From contig CANHCY010000007.1 of assembly GCA_947459295.1 (NCBI GenBank), positions 4,357-68,356 of the forward strand: a DNA stretch of 64,000 nucleotides, written 5' to 3'. Of this stretch, positions 1-10,872 are shown piece by piece. The translations under genes were made by a program, and so were the position numbers. Position 1 is the first letter of the stretch, and each line of letters starts with the position of its first letter. The DNA comes from Chitinophagaceae bacterium (lineage in GTDB: Bacteria > Bacteroidota > Bacteroidia > Chitinophagales > Chitinophagaceae). The notes under the pieces are model-generated. The model saw only the letters and a program-made list of their open reading frames with translations, was not told the DNA's origin and did no database searches.

Positions 1-1246
1 CACTAATAGGGTTATTAGAAGAACCAATGAGTCCTACAATACGTGATGATACGGTTACAAATAATGCACCAAATAAAATAACGAGCACACCAATTAATAG
101 TTTTTGTAAAATACTATCACCAGGCACTTGCGGTAAAACAGCTATGAGCGCAACAAGTGCTAAACTTCCAAAGCCCACTACTTTTAAACTCAAATCTTTT
201 TCGGTTCTTAAAACCGCTGCTGCACTTGGGTCTTTACTAGATTGTAAAGAAGCAAAACTTCCTTTGATAGATTTAACAATCGTAGGAATTGTTTTTAATA
301 AAGTAATAATACCACCTGCCGTTACGGCACCTGCGCCTACTTGTCTGATATAGGCATAATAAATGGCTGCCGAATAATCATTAAACTGATGCGTTACCGG
401 GTCCCATCCACCTTTTCCGCCTGGCTTTGCAAGATCCATCAAGTAGCCAAGCTTTACGAGTTGCGCCGCAATCACATCGGCAGGGACAAGGGTTGATAAT
501 AGCGGAATAAATACCATCCAACTAAGTACACTACCCGCAACAAGTACGCCTGCAATTTTTGGACCAATGATATAACCAACACCCATATATTCTGGTGTGA
601 TTTCGCCACTTACTTTGGCAGAAGGAAAAAATTTATTGATTTGCTTGGTTGCATAATACGGCGTTTCTGCAATCACATGAAATACCTTTTGTAAAATAGC
701 ATACGCAAATGCAACACCTAGGCCCCAAAAAGCTGTTTTTGCAAAATCGCCACCTTTTTCTCCAGCTTTTAATACGTCGCCACAAGCCGTTCCTTCGGGA
801 TAAGGAAGGTTTTCGTGTTCATTTACAATGAGGGCCTTACGAAGCGGAATCATCAGTAATGTACCAAGCAGTCCACCAATGATGGCAAGAATTAAAATGG
901 TGAGGTAATTGAAATATTCGGCACTATCTGGTGATGATAAAAACAAAAACCCAGGAAGTGTAAATGCAACACCCGCCGCAATACTTTCACCAGCAGATCC
1001 TGTAGTTTGAATGATATTATTTTCTAGAATCGTTGTTTTTAAAAACTTACGTCCAAGCGTAATCGCAATTACCGCAATTGGAATAGAAGCGGATACGGTA
1101 AGCCCTGCTTTAAGTGCTAAATAAACAGTGGCAGCACCAAAAATGACGCCAAATAAACTACCCACTAAAATAGATTTAACGGTTAGCTCTTTTACATTTT
1201 CCTCAGGTGCAATAAAGGGTTTAAAAACTTTCTTTTGGTCAGACAT
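1..1246 (-). CDS. OPT family oligopeptide transporter (3' end runs off the window; absent from the ORF track)
   Basis: Manual translation from ATG at 1246: MSDQKKVFKPFIAPEENVKELTVKSILVGSLFGVIFGAATVYLALKAGLTVSASIPIAVIAIT...LENNIIQTTGSAGES...LPYPEGTAC, which are OPT-family signatures. Confidence 0.9.
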   Translation of the reverse strand, partial: MSDQKKVFKPFIAPEENVKELTVKSILVGSLFGVIFGAATVYLALKAGLTVSASIPIAVIAITLGRKFLKTTILENNIIQTTGSAGESIAAGVAFTLPGFLFLSSPDSAEYFNYLTILILAIIGGLLGTLLMIPLRKALIVNEHENLPYPEGTACGDVLKAGEKGGDFAKTAFWGLGVAFAYAILQKVFHVIAETPYYATKQINKFFPSAKVSGEITPEYMGVGYIIGPKIAGVLVAGSVLSWMVFIPLLSTLVPADVIAAQLVKLGYLMDLAKPGGKGGWDPVTHQFNDYSAAIYYAYIRQVGAGAVTAGGIITLLKTIPTIVKSIKGSFASLQSSKDPSAAAVLRTEKDLSLKVVGFGSLALVALIAVLPQVPGDSILQKLLIGVLVILFGALFVTVSSRIVGLIGSSNNPIS

Positions 1247-1284
1247 ATGGTAGGTTTTAAAAAAATAGAATAATTATAGATGGA

Positions 1285-2784
1285 TTAATCCATCATGGTT
1301 TTTAATTTACGTGCAATTAAAAATAAAACAAGTGCCGCAGCACCAGCCATTGCAACAAACAAAATAAAGAAGTCAAATAAATTGGTAATGGCATAGCCGG
1401 CAAAATAAGTTGTTTTGCCATCAGGATATAAACCACTTAATACGCCTGCAAATTTATTGGCAAATGCATTGGCTGTAAACCATACTGCCATTAGCAAAGA
1501 AGCAAATTTGATTGGCGCTAATTTATTAACAAGGGAAAGTCCAATAGGTGATAAACAAAGCTCGCCGCAGGTATGAAGTGCATACATGCCCGTAAGCCAA
1601 ATCATACTTACTTTAACACCAGATGCAACATTGTGCACCCCAAATGCAATCCATAAATAACCCAGGGCTAACAAAAATAATCCAAGTGCCATTTTAGCGG
1701 GAGAACCTGGTTCAAACTTGCCAAGTTTTATCCAAAGCCATGCAAATAGCGGCGCAAACGCTACCACAAAAGTGGAATTTAAAGATTGGAAAAAGCTAGA
1801 AGGTATCGTATAAGAACCGAGTGTACGATTGGTTTGCTCTTCTGCAAAAAAAGTAAGTGAAGCCCCGGCTTGTTCAAAAGCACTCCAAAAAAAGATCACA
1901 AAAAATGACACTACAAAAATGACAGAAACTTTTTTCTTTTCTAATGCGCTTAATGTTTTATCGGAAAAAATTAAAAGCGCAATGAGCGTAATAGAACCGA
2001 GTAGCAAATAAAATAAATAGCTAAACACATTGGCTTCTACATATATAAGTGCGACAGAGATCAACGAAAAAATAAACAAGCCACCAAACACATACAACGG
2101 TTTATTGGCCGCCGCTGGTGCGTCTTTAGGCGTTAAACCTAGCACCTGATTATTTTGGTCTACTACATATTTATTATGGAAAAAATGCATCACTACAACA
2201 CTCAATAACATACCAATACCAGCAGCTAAAAACGCCCACTTATAATCATCAGGATTACCCGTATCACCAAAAAATCCGCACACAAATGGACCAATCGCGC
2301 CACCCGTATTGATACCCATATAAAAAATGGTGTACGCCGAATCTTTGCGTTTGTCATTTTCAGGATATAACTGCCCAACCATAGCAGAAATATTAGGTTT
2401 AAAAAAGCCATTACCCGCAATCATAAATCCAAGACCCGAAAAAAACAGCAGTGCCGCAATTTCAGGATTGGACTTGTACATAGAACCACAAAAAAATAAA
2501 ATAAACTCGCCAATAGCCATCACCAATCCGCCTAAAATAATAGAACGTTTATTGCCCCAATACCTATCTGCTACATAACCGCCCACTAGCGGCGTCAAAT
2601 ACACAAGACCTGTATAGCTACCGTAAATATTGGAAGCAAAAACCTTGTCAAACATGAGTGCTTTGGTCATAAAAAGGACCAAAATGGCGCGCATTCCATA
2701 GTAATTAAATCGCTCCCACATTTCCGTGGCAAAGAGTACATACAATCCTTTAGGATGACCTTTTTGAGAAATAGTTTGATTCAT
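1285..2784 (-). CDS. POT/PTR family proton-dependent di-/tripeptide MFS transporter
   Basis: GHPKGLYVLFATEMWERFNYYGMR (ExxERF motif), GNGFFKPN, FYMGIN, ELCLSPIG; start moved to the ATG at 2784 (MNQTISQKGHP). Confidence 0.93.
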   Translation of the reverse strand: MNQTISQKGHPKGLYVLFATEMWERFNYYGMRAILVLFMTKALMFDKVFASNIYGSYTGLVYLTPLVGGYVADRYWGNKRSIILGGLVMAIGEFILFFCGSMYKSNPEIAALLFFSGLGFMIAGNGFFKPNISAMVGQLYPENDKRKDSAYTIFYMGINTGGAIGPFVCGFFGDTGNPDDYKWAFLAAGIGMLLSVVVMHFFHNKYVVDQNNQVLGLTPKDAPAAANKPLYVFGGLFIFSLISVALIYVEANVFSYLFYLLLGSITLIALLIFSDKTLSALEKKKVSVIFVVSFFVIFFWSAFEQAGASLTFFAEEQTNRTLGSYTIPSSFFQSLNSTFVVAFAPLFAWLWIKLGKFEPGSPAKMALGLFLLALGYLWIAFGVHNVASGVKVSMIWLTGMYALHTCGELCLSPIGLSLVNKLAPIKFASLLMAVWFTANAFANKFAGVLSGLYPDGKTTYFAGYAITNLFDFFILFVAMAGAAALVLFLIARKLKTMMD

Positions 2785-2916
2785 AAATGGCTCGTTATCG
2801 TTGTAAACTATTGATTTTCTGGTGCTGTAAAATAGCAATAAAATCTTTACAGCGAACCGCACGCGAAAATGAGCGCCGAAATTGATACTTTCGCATTTCC
2901 AATTACACCTATAAAT

Positions 2917-4206
2917 ATGAATATTTTACTACTTGGTTCTGGCGGAAGAGAACATGCGCTTGCTTGGAAAATGGCACAAAGTCATCATTGCAACGAACTT
3001 TATATTGCACCCGGAAACCCAGGTACAGCAGGCATCGGAACCAATATAGACCTATCTGTCACGGATTTTGAGGGTATTAAAGCCGCATGCATCTTGCACC
3101 AAATTGGACTCGTGGTAGTAGGCCCCGAAGAGCCCCTTGTAAAAGGTATTTATGATTTTTTTGAAGCAGATCCAGCACTCAGAGAAATTATTGTGGTTGG
3201 ACCATCGGCTAAAGCCGCTCAATTAGAGGGTAGCAAAGCCTTTAGTAAGAAATTTATGCAGCGTCATCAAATTCCTACCGCTGCCTACGCCGAATTTACA
3301 CATGAAAATATAGAAGAAGGTAAAACTTATATTGCTGCGCATAGCCTTCCAGTTGTTTTAAAAGCCGATGGCTTAGCGGCGGGAAAGGGCGTTGTCATTA
3401 CAACCACACACGCTGAAGCGCTTGAAACATTTAATGATATGCTTGTAAACAAGCAGTTTGGTGAAGCCAGCAGCCGTGTGGTAATTGAACAGTTTTTATC
3501 TGGTATTGAAGTAAGCGTTTTTGCACTTACCAACGGCATGGACTACCAAATTATTGGTCACGCCAAAGACTACAAACGAATAGGAGAAGGCGATACAGGC
3601 CTCAACACGGGCGGCATGGGTTGCGTGAGTCCGGTACCTTTTATGGACGAAGTTTTTATGCAAAAAGTAGAAGAGCGTATTATAAAACCCACCATTAATG
3701 GACTTGCCCAGGAAGAACTTTGCTACCATGGCTTTGTATTTTTTGGACTCATGAATGTAGACGGAGAACCTTTTGTGATTGAATACAACTGCCGCATGGG
3801 CGATCCAGAAACGGAGGTAGTTATGCCGCGTTTACAAACAGATTTAGTGGCCCTATTTGCAGCCATGGATAATGGCACTTTAATAGACGCCAATATTAGT
3901 TACGACAATAGAAGCTGTGCTACCATTATGGCAGTCAGCGGCGGCTACCCTGGTAGCTACCAAAAAAATAAGTCAATTACTGGACTTGAATCTGTTAACG
4001 ATATGCCAAACACCCTCGTATTTCAGGCAGGCACTGCACAGGGTCAAAACGCCGTTGTTACAAGCGGTGGAAGGGTTTTAGCCGTTACCGCCTATGGCGA
4101 AAATATTAGCGAAGCGGTTGTAACTGCCACCCAGCGTCTTCAAAAAATTGAATTTGAAGGCATGAATTTTAGGCGCGATATCGGGTACGAATTTGAAAAT
4201 AAATAA
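2917..4206 (+). CDS. purD: Phosphoribosylamine--glycine ligase
   Basis: MNILLLGSGGREHAL, LEGSKAF, KADGLAAGKGV, NTGGMG, EYNCRMGDPE; start at ATG 2917. Confidence 0.97.
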   Translation: MNILLLGSGGREHALAWKMAQSHHCNELYIAPGNPGTAGIGTNIDLSVTDFEGIKAACILHQIGLVVVGPEEPLVKGIYDFFEADPALREIIVVGPSAKAAQLEGSKAFSKKFMQRHQIPTAAYAEFTHENIEEGKTYIAAHSLPVVLKADGLAAGKGVVITTTHAEALETFNDMLVNKQFGEASSRVVIEQFLSGIEVSVFALTNGMDYQIIGHAKDYKRIGEGDTGLNTGGMGCVSPVPFMDEVFMQKVEERIIKPTINGLAQEELCYHGFVFFGLMNVDGEPFVIEYNCRMGDPETEVVMPRLQTDLVALFAAMDNGTLIDANISYDNRSCATIMAVSGGYPGSYQKNKSITGLESVNDMPNTLVFQAGTAQGQNAVVTSGGRVLAVTAYGENISEAVVTATQRLQKIEFEGMNFRRDIGYEFENK

Positions 4207-4299
4207 ACAGATAAAATTCGTAAGAATAGACCTTGTTATTTCCATTTATTTCAAGCACCTTTGTAGTAATACATTTACTCAAGCTTTACGCACTATACC

Positions 4300-5325
4300 A
4301 TGGGATTATTTAACTTTTTTACGCAAGAAATTGCAATGGATTTGGGGACCGCAAATACCCTCATTATTCATAATGATGAAGTAGTCGTTAACGAACCTTC
4401 AATTGTTGCCCTAAACCGTAACAATTTAAAAGAGGTTTTAGCAGTGGGAAAAAAAGCACTCATGATGCATGAAAAAACGCATGAGAGTATTAGAACCATT
4501 CGTCCGTTAAAAGATGGTGTAATTGCAGACTTTAACGCCGCAGAATTAATGATTCGGGAGATGATGAAAATGATCTATCCTAAAAAACCATTATTTCCTC
4601 CAAGCTGGCGTATGGTCATTTGTATTCCTTCTTCTATCACCGAAGTTGAAAAACGTGCCGTAAGAGATTCTGCAGAACAAGCAGGTGCTAAAGAAGTATA
4701 TATGATTCACGAACCTATGGCAGCTGCACTAGGTATTGGTATAGATGTTGAAGAACCTGTTGGAAATATGATCATTGATATTGGAGGTGGTACAACAGGT
4801 ATTACCGTAATTGCACTTGCAGGTATTGTTTGTGATCAAAGTATTCGTGTAGCAGGAGATGAATTTACAGCAGACATTATGGAGGCACTTCGCCGTTATC
4901 ATAGTTTATTAATTGGTGAGCGTACTGCAGAGCAAATTAAAATTAATGTAGGTGCTGCGATGAAAGATCTAGACAACCCACCAGATGATTTACCAGTGAA
5001 TGGTAGAGACCTTGTAACAGGTATTCCTAAACAAATTATGGTGAGTTATCAAGAGATTGCAGAAGCACTTGATAAGAGTATATTTAAAATAGAAGAAGCC
5101 ATCTTAAAAGCCCTGGAAACCACGCCACCAGAGCTTGCAGCAGATATTTACCGTCGCGGATTATACCTTACAGGCGGAGGTGCTTTACTTCGTGGACTCG
5201 ATAAAAGATTAAGTGCAAAAATTAAATTACCTGTTCACGTTGCAGAAGATCCACTTAAGAGTGTTGTGCGTGGTACCGGTTTAGCACTTAAAAATTATCA
5301 GCGTTTTCCGTTCATCATGCGCTAA
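4300..5325 (+). CDS. mreB: Rod shape-determining protein MreB
   Basis: DLGTANT, RPLKDGVIADF, EPMAAALG, DIGGGTT, LTGGGALL. Confidence 0.97.
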   Translation: MGLFNFFTQEIAMDLGTANTLIIHNDEVVVNEPSIVALNRNNLKEVLAVGKKALMMHEKTHESIRTIRPLKDGVIADFNAAELMIREMMKMIYPKKPLFPPSWRMVICIPSSITEVEKRAVRDSAEQAGAKEVYMIHEPMAAALGIGIDVEEPVGNMIIDIGGGTTGITVIALAGIVCDQSIRVAGDEFTADIMEALRRYHSLLIGERTAEQIKINVGAAMKDLDNPPDDLPVNGRDLVTGIPKQIMVSYQEIAEALDKSIFKIEEAILKALETTPPELAADIYRRGLYLTGGGALLRGLDKRLSAKIKLPVHVAEDPLKSVVRGTGLALKNYQRFPFIMR

Positions 5326-5334
5326 TAATTTACC

Positions 5335-6189
5335 TTGAAAAATATTTTTGATTTTATTCGTAGGCACTTCACTTTACTTAGCTTTTTGCTATTGCAAATT
5401 GCTTCGATATATATGCTTACAAAAGCTAGCACTTCGCATCAAACTTTTTTTTCTGCGAAAATGAGTGATGCAACTTCAAAAATTAATGAGCGCTATTATA
5501 ATATGCGCGGCTACTTTTTTTTAAGAGAAACCAACCAAAAACTAGCACTAGAAAATGCGCGACTTTTAAATTTACTAAGCTCTAATATATCGGCGCCAGA
5601 TTCAAGTATTCAAATTGTAACCGATTCAGTTTATAAAGACTCTCTTAATAAATTCAGAAAATACAATTGGCTTCCTGCTAAAGTAATTGGCAATACCGTT
5701 TCATTACAAACCAATTTTTTAACACTTGAACGCGGCCGTTTACAAGGTGTAAAAAAAGGAATGGCCGCCATAAGTCCAGAAGGAATTATTGGCGTTGTAG
5801 TGGAAGTTTCTGACAATACTAGCAAGGTAATGAGCCTTTTACACCGCAACAGCAGAGTAAGCGCCATGCTTAAAAAAGACAATAATGCAGGTAGCATCGA
5901 ATGGGATGGAGCCAGCCCTTATTACCTGCTTTTACGCAACGTTTCTAAAGGGGCTAAAGTAGCAAAAGGCGACACGGTCGTTACGAGCACTTACTCGGCA
6001 AATTTCCCGCCTTACCAGATTGTGGGCCGTGTAGCTGAAATAGATGCCGACCCTTCAAGTAATTTTTATACCCTCAAAATTAAAACGGCTGTCAATTTCT
6101 TTACGGTTCAGTTTGTTTATCTTGTAGAAAACCTAAGATATCAGGAGCAATTTGATTTAGAAAACAGTAACTCGAAAACACGTGAATAG
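5335..6189 (+). CDS. mreC: Rod shape-determining protein MreC
   Basis: N-terminal TM, coiled coil (LRETNQKLALENARL), GDTVVTS beta domain; directly after mreB; TTG start. Confidence 0.92.
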   Translation: MKNIFDFIRRHFTLLSFLLLQIASIYMLTKASTSHQTFFSAKMSDATSKINERYYNMRGYFFLRETNQKLALENARLLNLLSSNISAPDSSIQIVTDSVYKDSLNKFRKYNWLPAKVIGNTVSLQTNFLTLERGRLQGVKKGMAAISPEGIIGVVVEVSDNTSKVMSLLHRNSRVSAMLKKDNNAGSIEWDGASPYYLLLRNVSKGAKVAKGDTVVTSTYSANFPPYQIVGRVAEIDADPSSNFYTLKIKTAVNFFTVQFVYLVENLRYQEQFDLENSNSKTRE

Positions 6190-6715
6190 CACACTCAAAA
6201 ATATCATTCGCTTTGCGTTATTTCTGCTACTCCAAATTGTGGTACTTAACGAAGTGCCCCCTGTGCACCGTTTTATCATACCCTATCTATACTTCTTGTA
6301 CATACTATGGTTGCCTTTTTCTATCAACCGTTTTACACTCTTAATAATCGCGTTTTTGTTTGGGCTTTCGCTAGACTACTTTACGGGTACTACAGGGCTT
6401 CATGCCGCTCCCTGCGTGCTTATCGCTTATGTTAGGCCCTATCTTTTAAACCTACTCTTACCACAAGAAACCATCGAACAAAGCTATGCCGAGCCGGGCG
6501 TTAACAGCATGGGCTGGGCACCATACGCAGTTTATGTGGGCGTCCTTACTTTTATACATCACTTTTATTTGATACTGATCGAATGGCTTCAATTTGGAGA
6601 CTTTGTATACTTTTTAGGTAAAGTAACTGGGACAACCCTTGTAAGCTTCATGATGATTGTACTTTCTGAACTTCTTTTTTTCAGAAAAGGCAAGTATAGA
6701 ACCAATGCAGCCTAG
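6182..6715 (+). CDS. mreD: Rod shape-determining protein MreD
   Basis: Hydrophobic 177 aa, FLFGLSLDYF...GLHA motif; overlaps the mreC stop. Confidence 0.88.
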   Translation: MNSTLKNIIRFALFLLLQIVVLNEVPPVHRFIIPYLYFLYILWLPFSINRFTLLIIAFLFGLSLDYFTGTTGLHAAPCVLIAYVRPYLLNLLLPQETIEQSYAEPGVNSMGWAPYAVYVGVLTFIHHFYLILIEWLQFGDFVYFLGKVTGTTLVSFMMIVLSELLFFRKGKYRTNAA

Positions 6716-6826
6716 GTTTCAATGTCCACAAGTATGCATAAGTTTTTTTTGACAAATTGATGAATTGTTGAGTTTGTTACGTCAAATTTGCAATACATTT
6801 TCGTTGAATTATTTTTCTAAGCTCCT

Positions 6827-8749
6827 ATGTCTGCCTTTAATCAAAACCGAAGTAGAATTGTACAACTTATTTTTATAGGCGCTTTTGTTTTAATTACCCT
6901 TCAGCTCATCAACCTTCAGGTTTTTTCGACAAAATATAAAATGGCAGCAGATAATAATGCCTTTTATAGAAAAGTGATTTACCCAGATAGGGGTATCATT
7001 TTTGATAGAAAAAAAAGAGCTATCCTTGAAAATACCATCAGTTATGATTTAGTAGTTATACCTGCAGAATCCAAAGGAACCGATACCCTTGCACTTTGCA
7101 CCTTACTAAATATTGATACTGCAACGTATAAGAAAAGAATGCGTGATCTTATTTTTAAAAATGGTTCGGTAAAGCCAAGTGTTTTTGAATCCTTACTTAC
7201 CACCGAAAATTTTGCGCGACTTAATGAAAACATGTACCGCTTTCCTGGATTTTCTTTAAGTGAAAGATCCGTGCGTTCTTACCCGTACGATTGTGGTGCA
7301 GCACTTTTAGGATATACCGCAGAAGTAGATACTGGCTTTTTACGCAGACACAAAGACGAAGGTTACGAAATGGGTGATTATTTTGGCACTACGGGACTTG
7401 AAAATAGTTACGAAAAAGTGCTGATGGGTCAGCGTGGTATTAAGCGTTTTATTAGAGATAATAAAGGTCGAATTCAAGGACCTTGGGAAAAAGGAGAATT
7501 TGACACCTTGGCAATTGCAGGCAAAAATTTATACTCTAGTATAGATGTAGAACTCCAGCAGCTTGGCGAAAAACTCATGCAAAATAAAGTGGGTAGTATT
7601 GTAGCGATTGATACTAAAACCGGTGGTATTATATGTATGGTTAGTGCCCCTAGTTATAACCCCAATTATTTAACAGGCAATCAGAGAAAAAAGCACTTGG
7701 TTGACATGATGTATTTTGATCCAAGAAAACCGTTACTCAATAGGGCCGTTAGCACCACTTATTCTCCGGGTTCTACTTTTAAAACGCTGGTAGGTATTAT
7801 TGCTATGGCAGAAGGGGTGATTGATGATCAATCGACGGTAAGTTGCGGTGGTAGTTATTTGGGATGTGGAAGAAAAATGGGATGTCATGCTGTAGGCACT
7901 TTTACTTTAAAACCTGCTATTTCAAAATCTTGTAATAGTTATTTTGCAGTAGCATTCCGAAGAATATTAGACAATGCAAAAATTAATAATAGAGATGTAA
8001 CACTAGGCCTCTTCAATGAATATGCGTATTCATTTGGGCTTGGAAAAAGATTAGGCGTAGACCTTCCATCTGAAAGAATGGGTAATATCCCTACAGCAAA
8101 CTATTACCAAAAAATATTTGGAAAAAATTGGCAGGCTTGTAATATTATTTCTAATTCTATTGGGCAAGGAGAAATTACAACTACCCTAACGCAACTAGCT
8201 AATGTTATGGCCATTATAGCCAATAAAGGATGGTATTATTTGCCCCATTTGATTGACTCTGTAGAGGGTGGAGACGATTATCAAATGCTTGCCCGCTTTA
8301 AAGTCAAACAAAGAACTAAAAATATAGCCGAAAGTATTTTTGAAGAAGTACATGAAGGTATGCAAGGCACCATGGAATTTGGAACAGGCGCCGCCGCAAA
8401 AGTACCTGGCATCAATGTTTGTGGCAAAACCGGTACAGTAGAAAACGCTTATAGAGGTGAGTCTTTAAAAGACCATGCTTTTTTTGGCGCATTTGCTCCT
8501 CGTGAAAATCCACGCATTGCAATCGCTGTTATGTGCGAGAACGCAGGTTATGGCGCTACTTCTGCGGCACCCATTGCCAGCTTACTCATTGAGAAGTATT
8601 TAAGGGATTCTATTGCTGGGCCAGAAAGAAAAGCAAAAATCGAACAACTTGCAAACATGAATTTAATTCCGCCTCAAATGACCCGTCTCATGAAAAAAGA
8701 AGCGCCTATCAAAAAACCTGTTTCTAAAAAGAAGGAGCCAAAAGCATAG
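6827..8749 (+). CDS. mrdA: Penicillin-binding protein 2 (class B transpeptidase)
   Basis: PDRGIIFDR, RSYPY, intact SxxK (STFK), SxN (SCN) and KTG motifs; lies between mreD and rodA. Confidence 0.94.
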   Translation: MSAFNQNRSRIVQLIFIGAFVLITLQLINLQVFSTKYKMAADNNAFYRKVIYPDRGIIFDRKKRAILENTISYDLVVIPAESKGTDTLALCTLLNIDTATYKKRMRDLIFKNGSVKPSVFESLLTTENFARLNENMYRFPGFSLSERSVRSYPYDCGAALLGYTAEVDTGFLRRHKDEGYEMGDYFGTTGLENSYEKVLMGQRGIKRFIRDNKGRIQGPWEKGEFDTLAIAGKNLYSSIDVELQQLGEKLMQNKVGSIVAIDTKTGGIICMVSAPSYNPNYLTGNQRKKHLVDMMYFDPRKPLLNRAVSTTYSPGSTFKTLVGIIAMAEGVIDDQSTVSCGGSYLGCGRKMGCHAVGTFTLKPAISKSCNSYFAVAFRRILDNAKINNRDVTLGLFNEYAYSFGLGKRLGVDLPSERMGNIPTANYYQKIFGKNWQACNIISNSIGQGEITTTLTQLANVMAIIANKGWYYLPHLIDSVEGGDDYQMLARFKVKQRTKNIAESIFEEVHEGMQGTMEFGTGAAAKVPGINVCGKTGTVENAYRGESLKDHAFFGAFAPRENPRIAIAVMCENAGYGATSAAPIASLLIEKYLRDSIAGPERKAKIEQLANMNLIPPQMTRLMKKEAPIKKPVSKKKEPKA

Positions 8750-8756
8750 CAAACCA

Positions 8757-10106
8757 ATGAATAGGAAAAAAAATAATCTTGCGGTAGAAGGGATAGACTA
8801 TACGGTAATTTGGCTGTATGGGGCACTGGTTACAATAGGGATTCTGTGTGTATTTATGGTTGAATATAAAGCTGGTAGCAATTGGATTGCCACCTTTTTA
8901 GGAGGCAAGGCAAACTATAGTAAGCAGCTCATTTTTGCGGGTGTTTGTGCACTTCTAGCCACTTTTATTTTACTAACAGATAGTAAAATTTTTACCGCTT
9001 TTGCAAACCTTTCCTACGTGGTCGGGATTTTACTTATGTTAGCTACTTTTGTTCTTGGGAAAAATATCAACGGATCTAAATCGTGGATCCCACTGGTTGG
9101 TGGTTTTAATTTACAGCCTGCCGAACTTTGTAAAATATTTACATCACTTGCAATAGCAAAATTTATTTCCCGTCAAGAAGTTGATTTTTCTAATTTAAAA
9201 TCACAATTAATTGCAGGCTTAATTGCACTAACACCAGCAGCACTTTCGATCTTGCAACATGAACTTGGTTTGGCGCTTGTCTATCTAAGTTTATTAATTG
9301 CAATGTTCCGTGAAGGACTACCAGCACAGTTTTTAATTATAGGATCTTGCTTTGGCATACTTTCACTCGCAACACTGATAGTAGAAAGAGATGCTTTGAC
9401 TATTACGCTTACGATTTTAGCAGGGCTTATTATTTTTTTAGCATATAGGCAAGTTAGAAAAAAGCAAAAGCTCGTTACCATTACAGCTATTTTAGCTATC
9501 TGGATTTTATGTGTGGGCGTTCAGCGCTTTGTAGTGCCCTATGTTTTCAATAACGTGCTAGAGTGTTACCAAAGTACCAGAATATATAGCATGGTGGGCA
9601 AAGATTATGATTGCAGCTTAAATAAAAAATCCAACGAAAAAACAACTGGGAAAGCTGCACGCAAGCCTGATGATTATAATGTTAGACAAAGTAAAATTGC
9701 GATTGGTTCAGGCGGATTTTTTGGAAGAGGCTTTTTAAAAGGAACACAAACAAGAGGTAAATATGTGCCAGAGCAAGACACTGATTTTATTTTTACATCA
9801 CTAGGTGAAGCCTTTGGCTTTGTGGGCTGTGCAATTTTTTTAGGATTGTATTTATTTTTCTTATTTAGAATTATTCGAATCGCCGAAAGACAACGAAGTA
9901 CATTTAGCCGGGTATATGCCTACTGTGTTGCTAGTATCTTGTTTTTTCATATTGCCGTAAATGTTAGCATGACAATTGGTCTTTTCCCAATTGTTGGTAT
10001 TACGCTTCCGCTCATTAGTTATGGGGGATCTTCGTTACTAACATTCACGGTACTAATATTTATCATGCTTAGACTAGACGCCGATAGACAAATGGTGCTT
10101 CGTTAG
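8757..10106 (+). CDS. rodA: SEDS family peptidoglycan glycosyltransferase RodA
   Basis: GSKSWI, LQPAELCK, QSKIAIGSGG, PEQDTDFIF, LPLISYGGSS. Confidence 0.94.
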   Translation: MNRKKNNLAVEGIDYTVIWLYGALVTIGILCVFMVEYKAGSNWIATFLGGKANYSKQLIFAGVCALLATFILLTDSKIFTAFANLSYVVGILLMLATFVLGKNINGSKSWIPLVGGFNLQPAELCKIFTSLAIAKFISRQEVDFSNLKSQLIAGLIALTPAALSILQHELGLALVYLSLLIAMFREGLPAQFLIIGSCFGILSLATLIVERDALTITLTILAGLIIFLAYRQVRKKQKLVTITAILAIWILCVGVQRFVVPYVFNNVLECYQSTRIYSMVGKDYDCSLNKKSNEKTTGKAARKPDDYNVRQSKIAIGSGGFFGRGFLKGTQTRGKYVPEQDTDFIFTSLGEAFGFVGCAIFLGLYLFFLFRIIRIAERQRSTFSRVYAYCVASILFFHIAVNVSMTIGLFPIVGITLPLISYGGSSLLTFTVLIFIMLRLDADRQMVLR

Positions 10107-10122
10107 GCCAACACTATATTTC

Positions 10123-10872
10123 ATGCAAATCATACCATTATCCGAAGGCAGCTTTACCATTGATAAATCCAAAGTATTTGTACCATTTGATACAAGCACC
10201 GAAGTACTTCAAAGCAGACCTGCTGGAAGCATACTAGTAGAAATTCAAACTTTTGTTGTAATCACCAGTAAAGATGTTATTTTGATTGACACGGGACTCG
10301 GGTATGCAGGTACAAATGGGAAATTACAAATTCATGAAAACCTAGAAAAAGCGGGTATCAAGCCTGCCTCTATTACCAAAGTGCTGATGAGCCATTTACA
10401 CAAAGACCATGCAGGTGGTGTCACATTTAGTAATATTGAGAACTCGGCACGTTATATTAGTTTTCCTTACGCTACTTATTATATTCAAAAAAGAGAATTT
10501 GACTATGCCACTGGCGTAGGATCTGCTTCTTATATTCCAGAAGATATACTAGCACTTCAAGATTTTAGTAGAGTCGTATGGCTTGATAGTGACGAAGGGG
10601 CAATAGAAGGAGGAATTAGATATCAAGTAACGGGAGCGCACTCTAAATTTCATCAAGTATTTTGGATTACCGAAAATAATGAAACCATATTTTTTGGAGG
10701 AGATGATGCCCCACAACTACAACAAATGAAAAGTAAGTTTGTGGCGAAGTACGATTTTGATGGGAAAAAATGTATGGAATTACGGCACGCATGGCTAGAA
10801 AAAGCAAAACAAGAAGGTTGGACCTTCTTGTTTTACCATGATATTAAAACACCCATTTGGGCTGCTCATTAA
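10123..10872 (+). CDS. MBL-fold metallo-hydrolase (YtnP-like)
   Basis: LIDTGLG, SHLHKDH (HxHxDH), GAHSKFHQ, C-terminal FYHD. Confidence 0.85.
   Translation: MQIIPLSEGSFTIDKSKVFVPFDTSTEVLQSRPAGSILVEIQTFVVITSKDVILIDTGLGYAGTNGKLQIHENLEKAGIKPASITKVLMSHLHKDHAGGVTFSNIENSARYISFPYATYYIQKREFDYATGVGSASYIPEDILALQDFSRVVWLDSDEGAIEGGIRYQVTGAHSKFHQVFWITENNETIFFGGDDAPQLQQMKSKFVAKYDFDGKKCMELRHAWLEKAKQEGWTFLFYHDIKTPIWAAH

Noticed and set aside
27-353. Plus-strand 108-aa ORF and the many other short ORFs nested in or antisense to long genes
   Set aside because: They are shadows of well-supported genes (here the OPT transporter) and carry no recognisable motifs.
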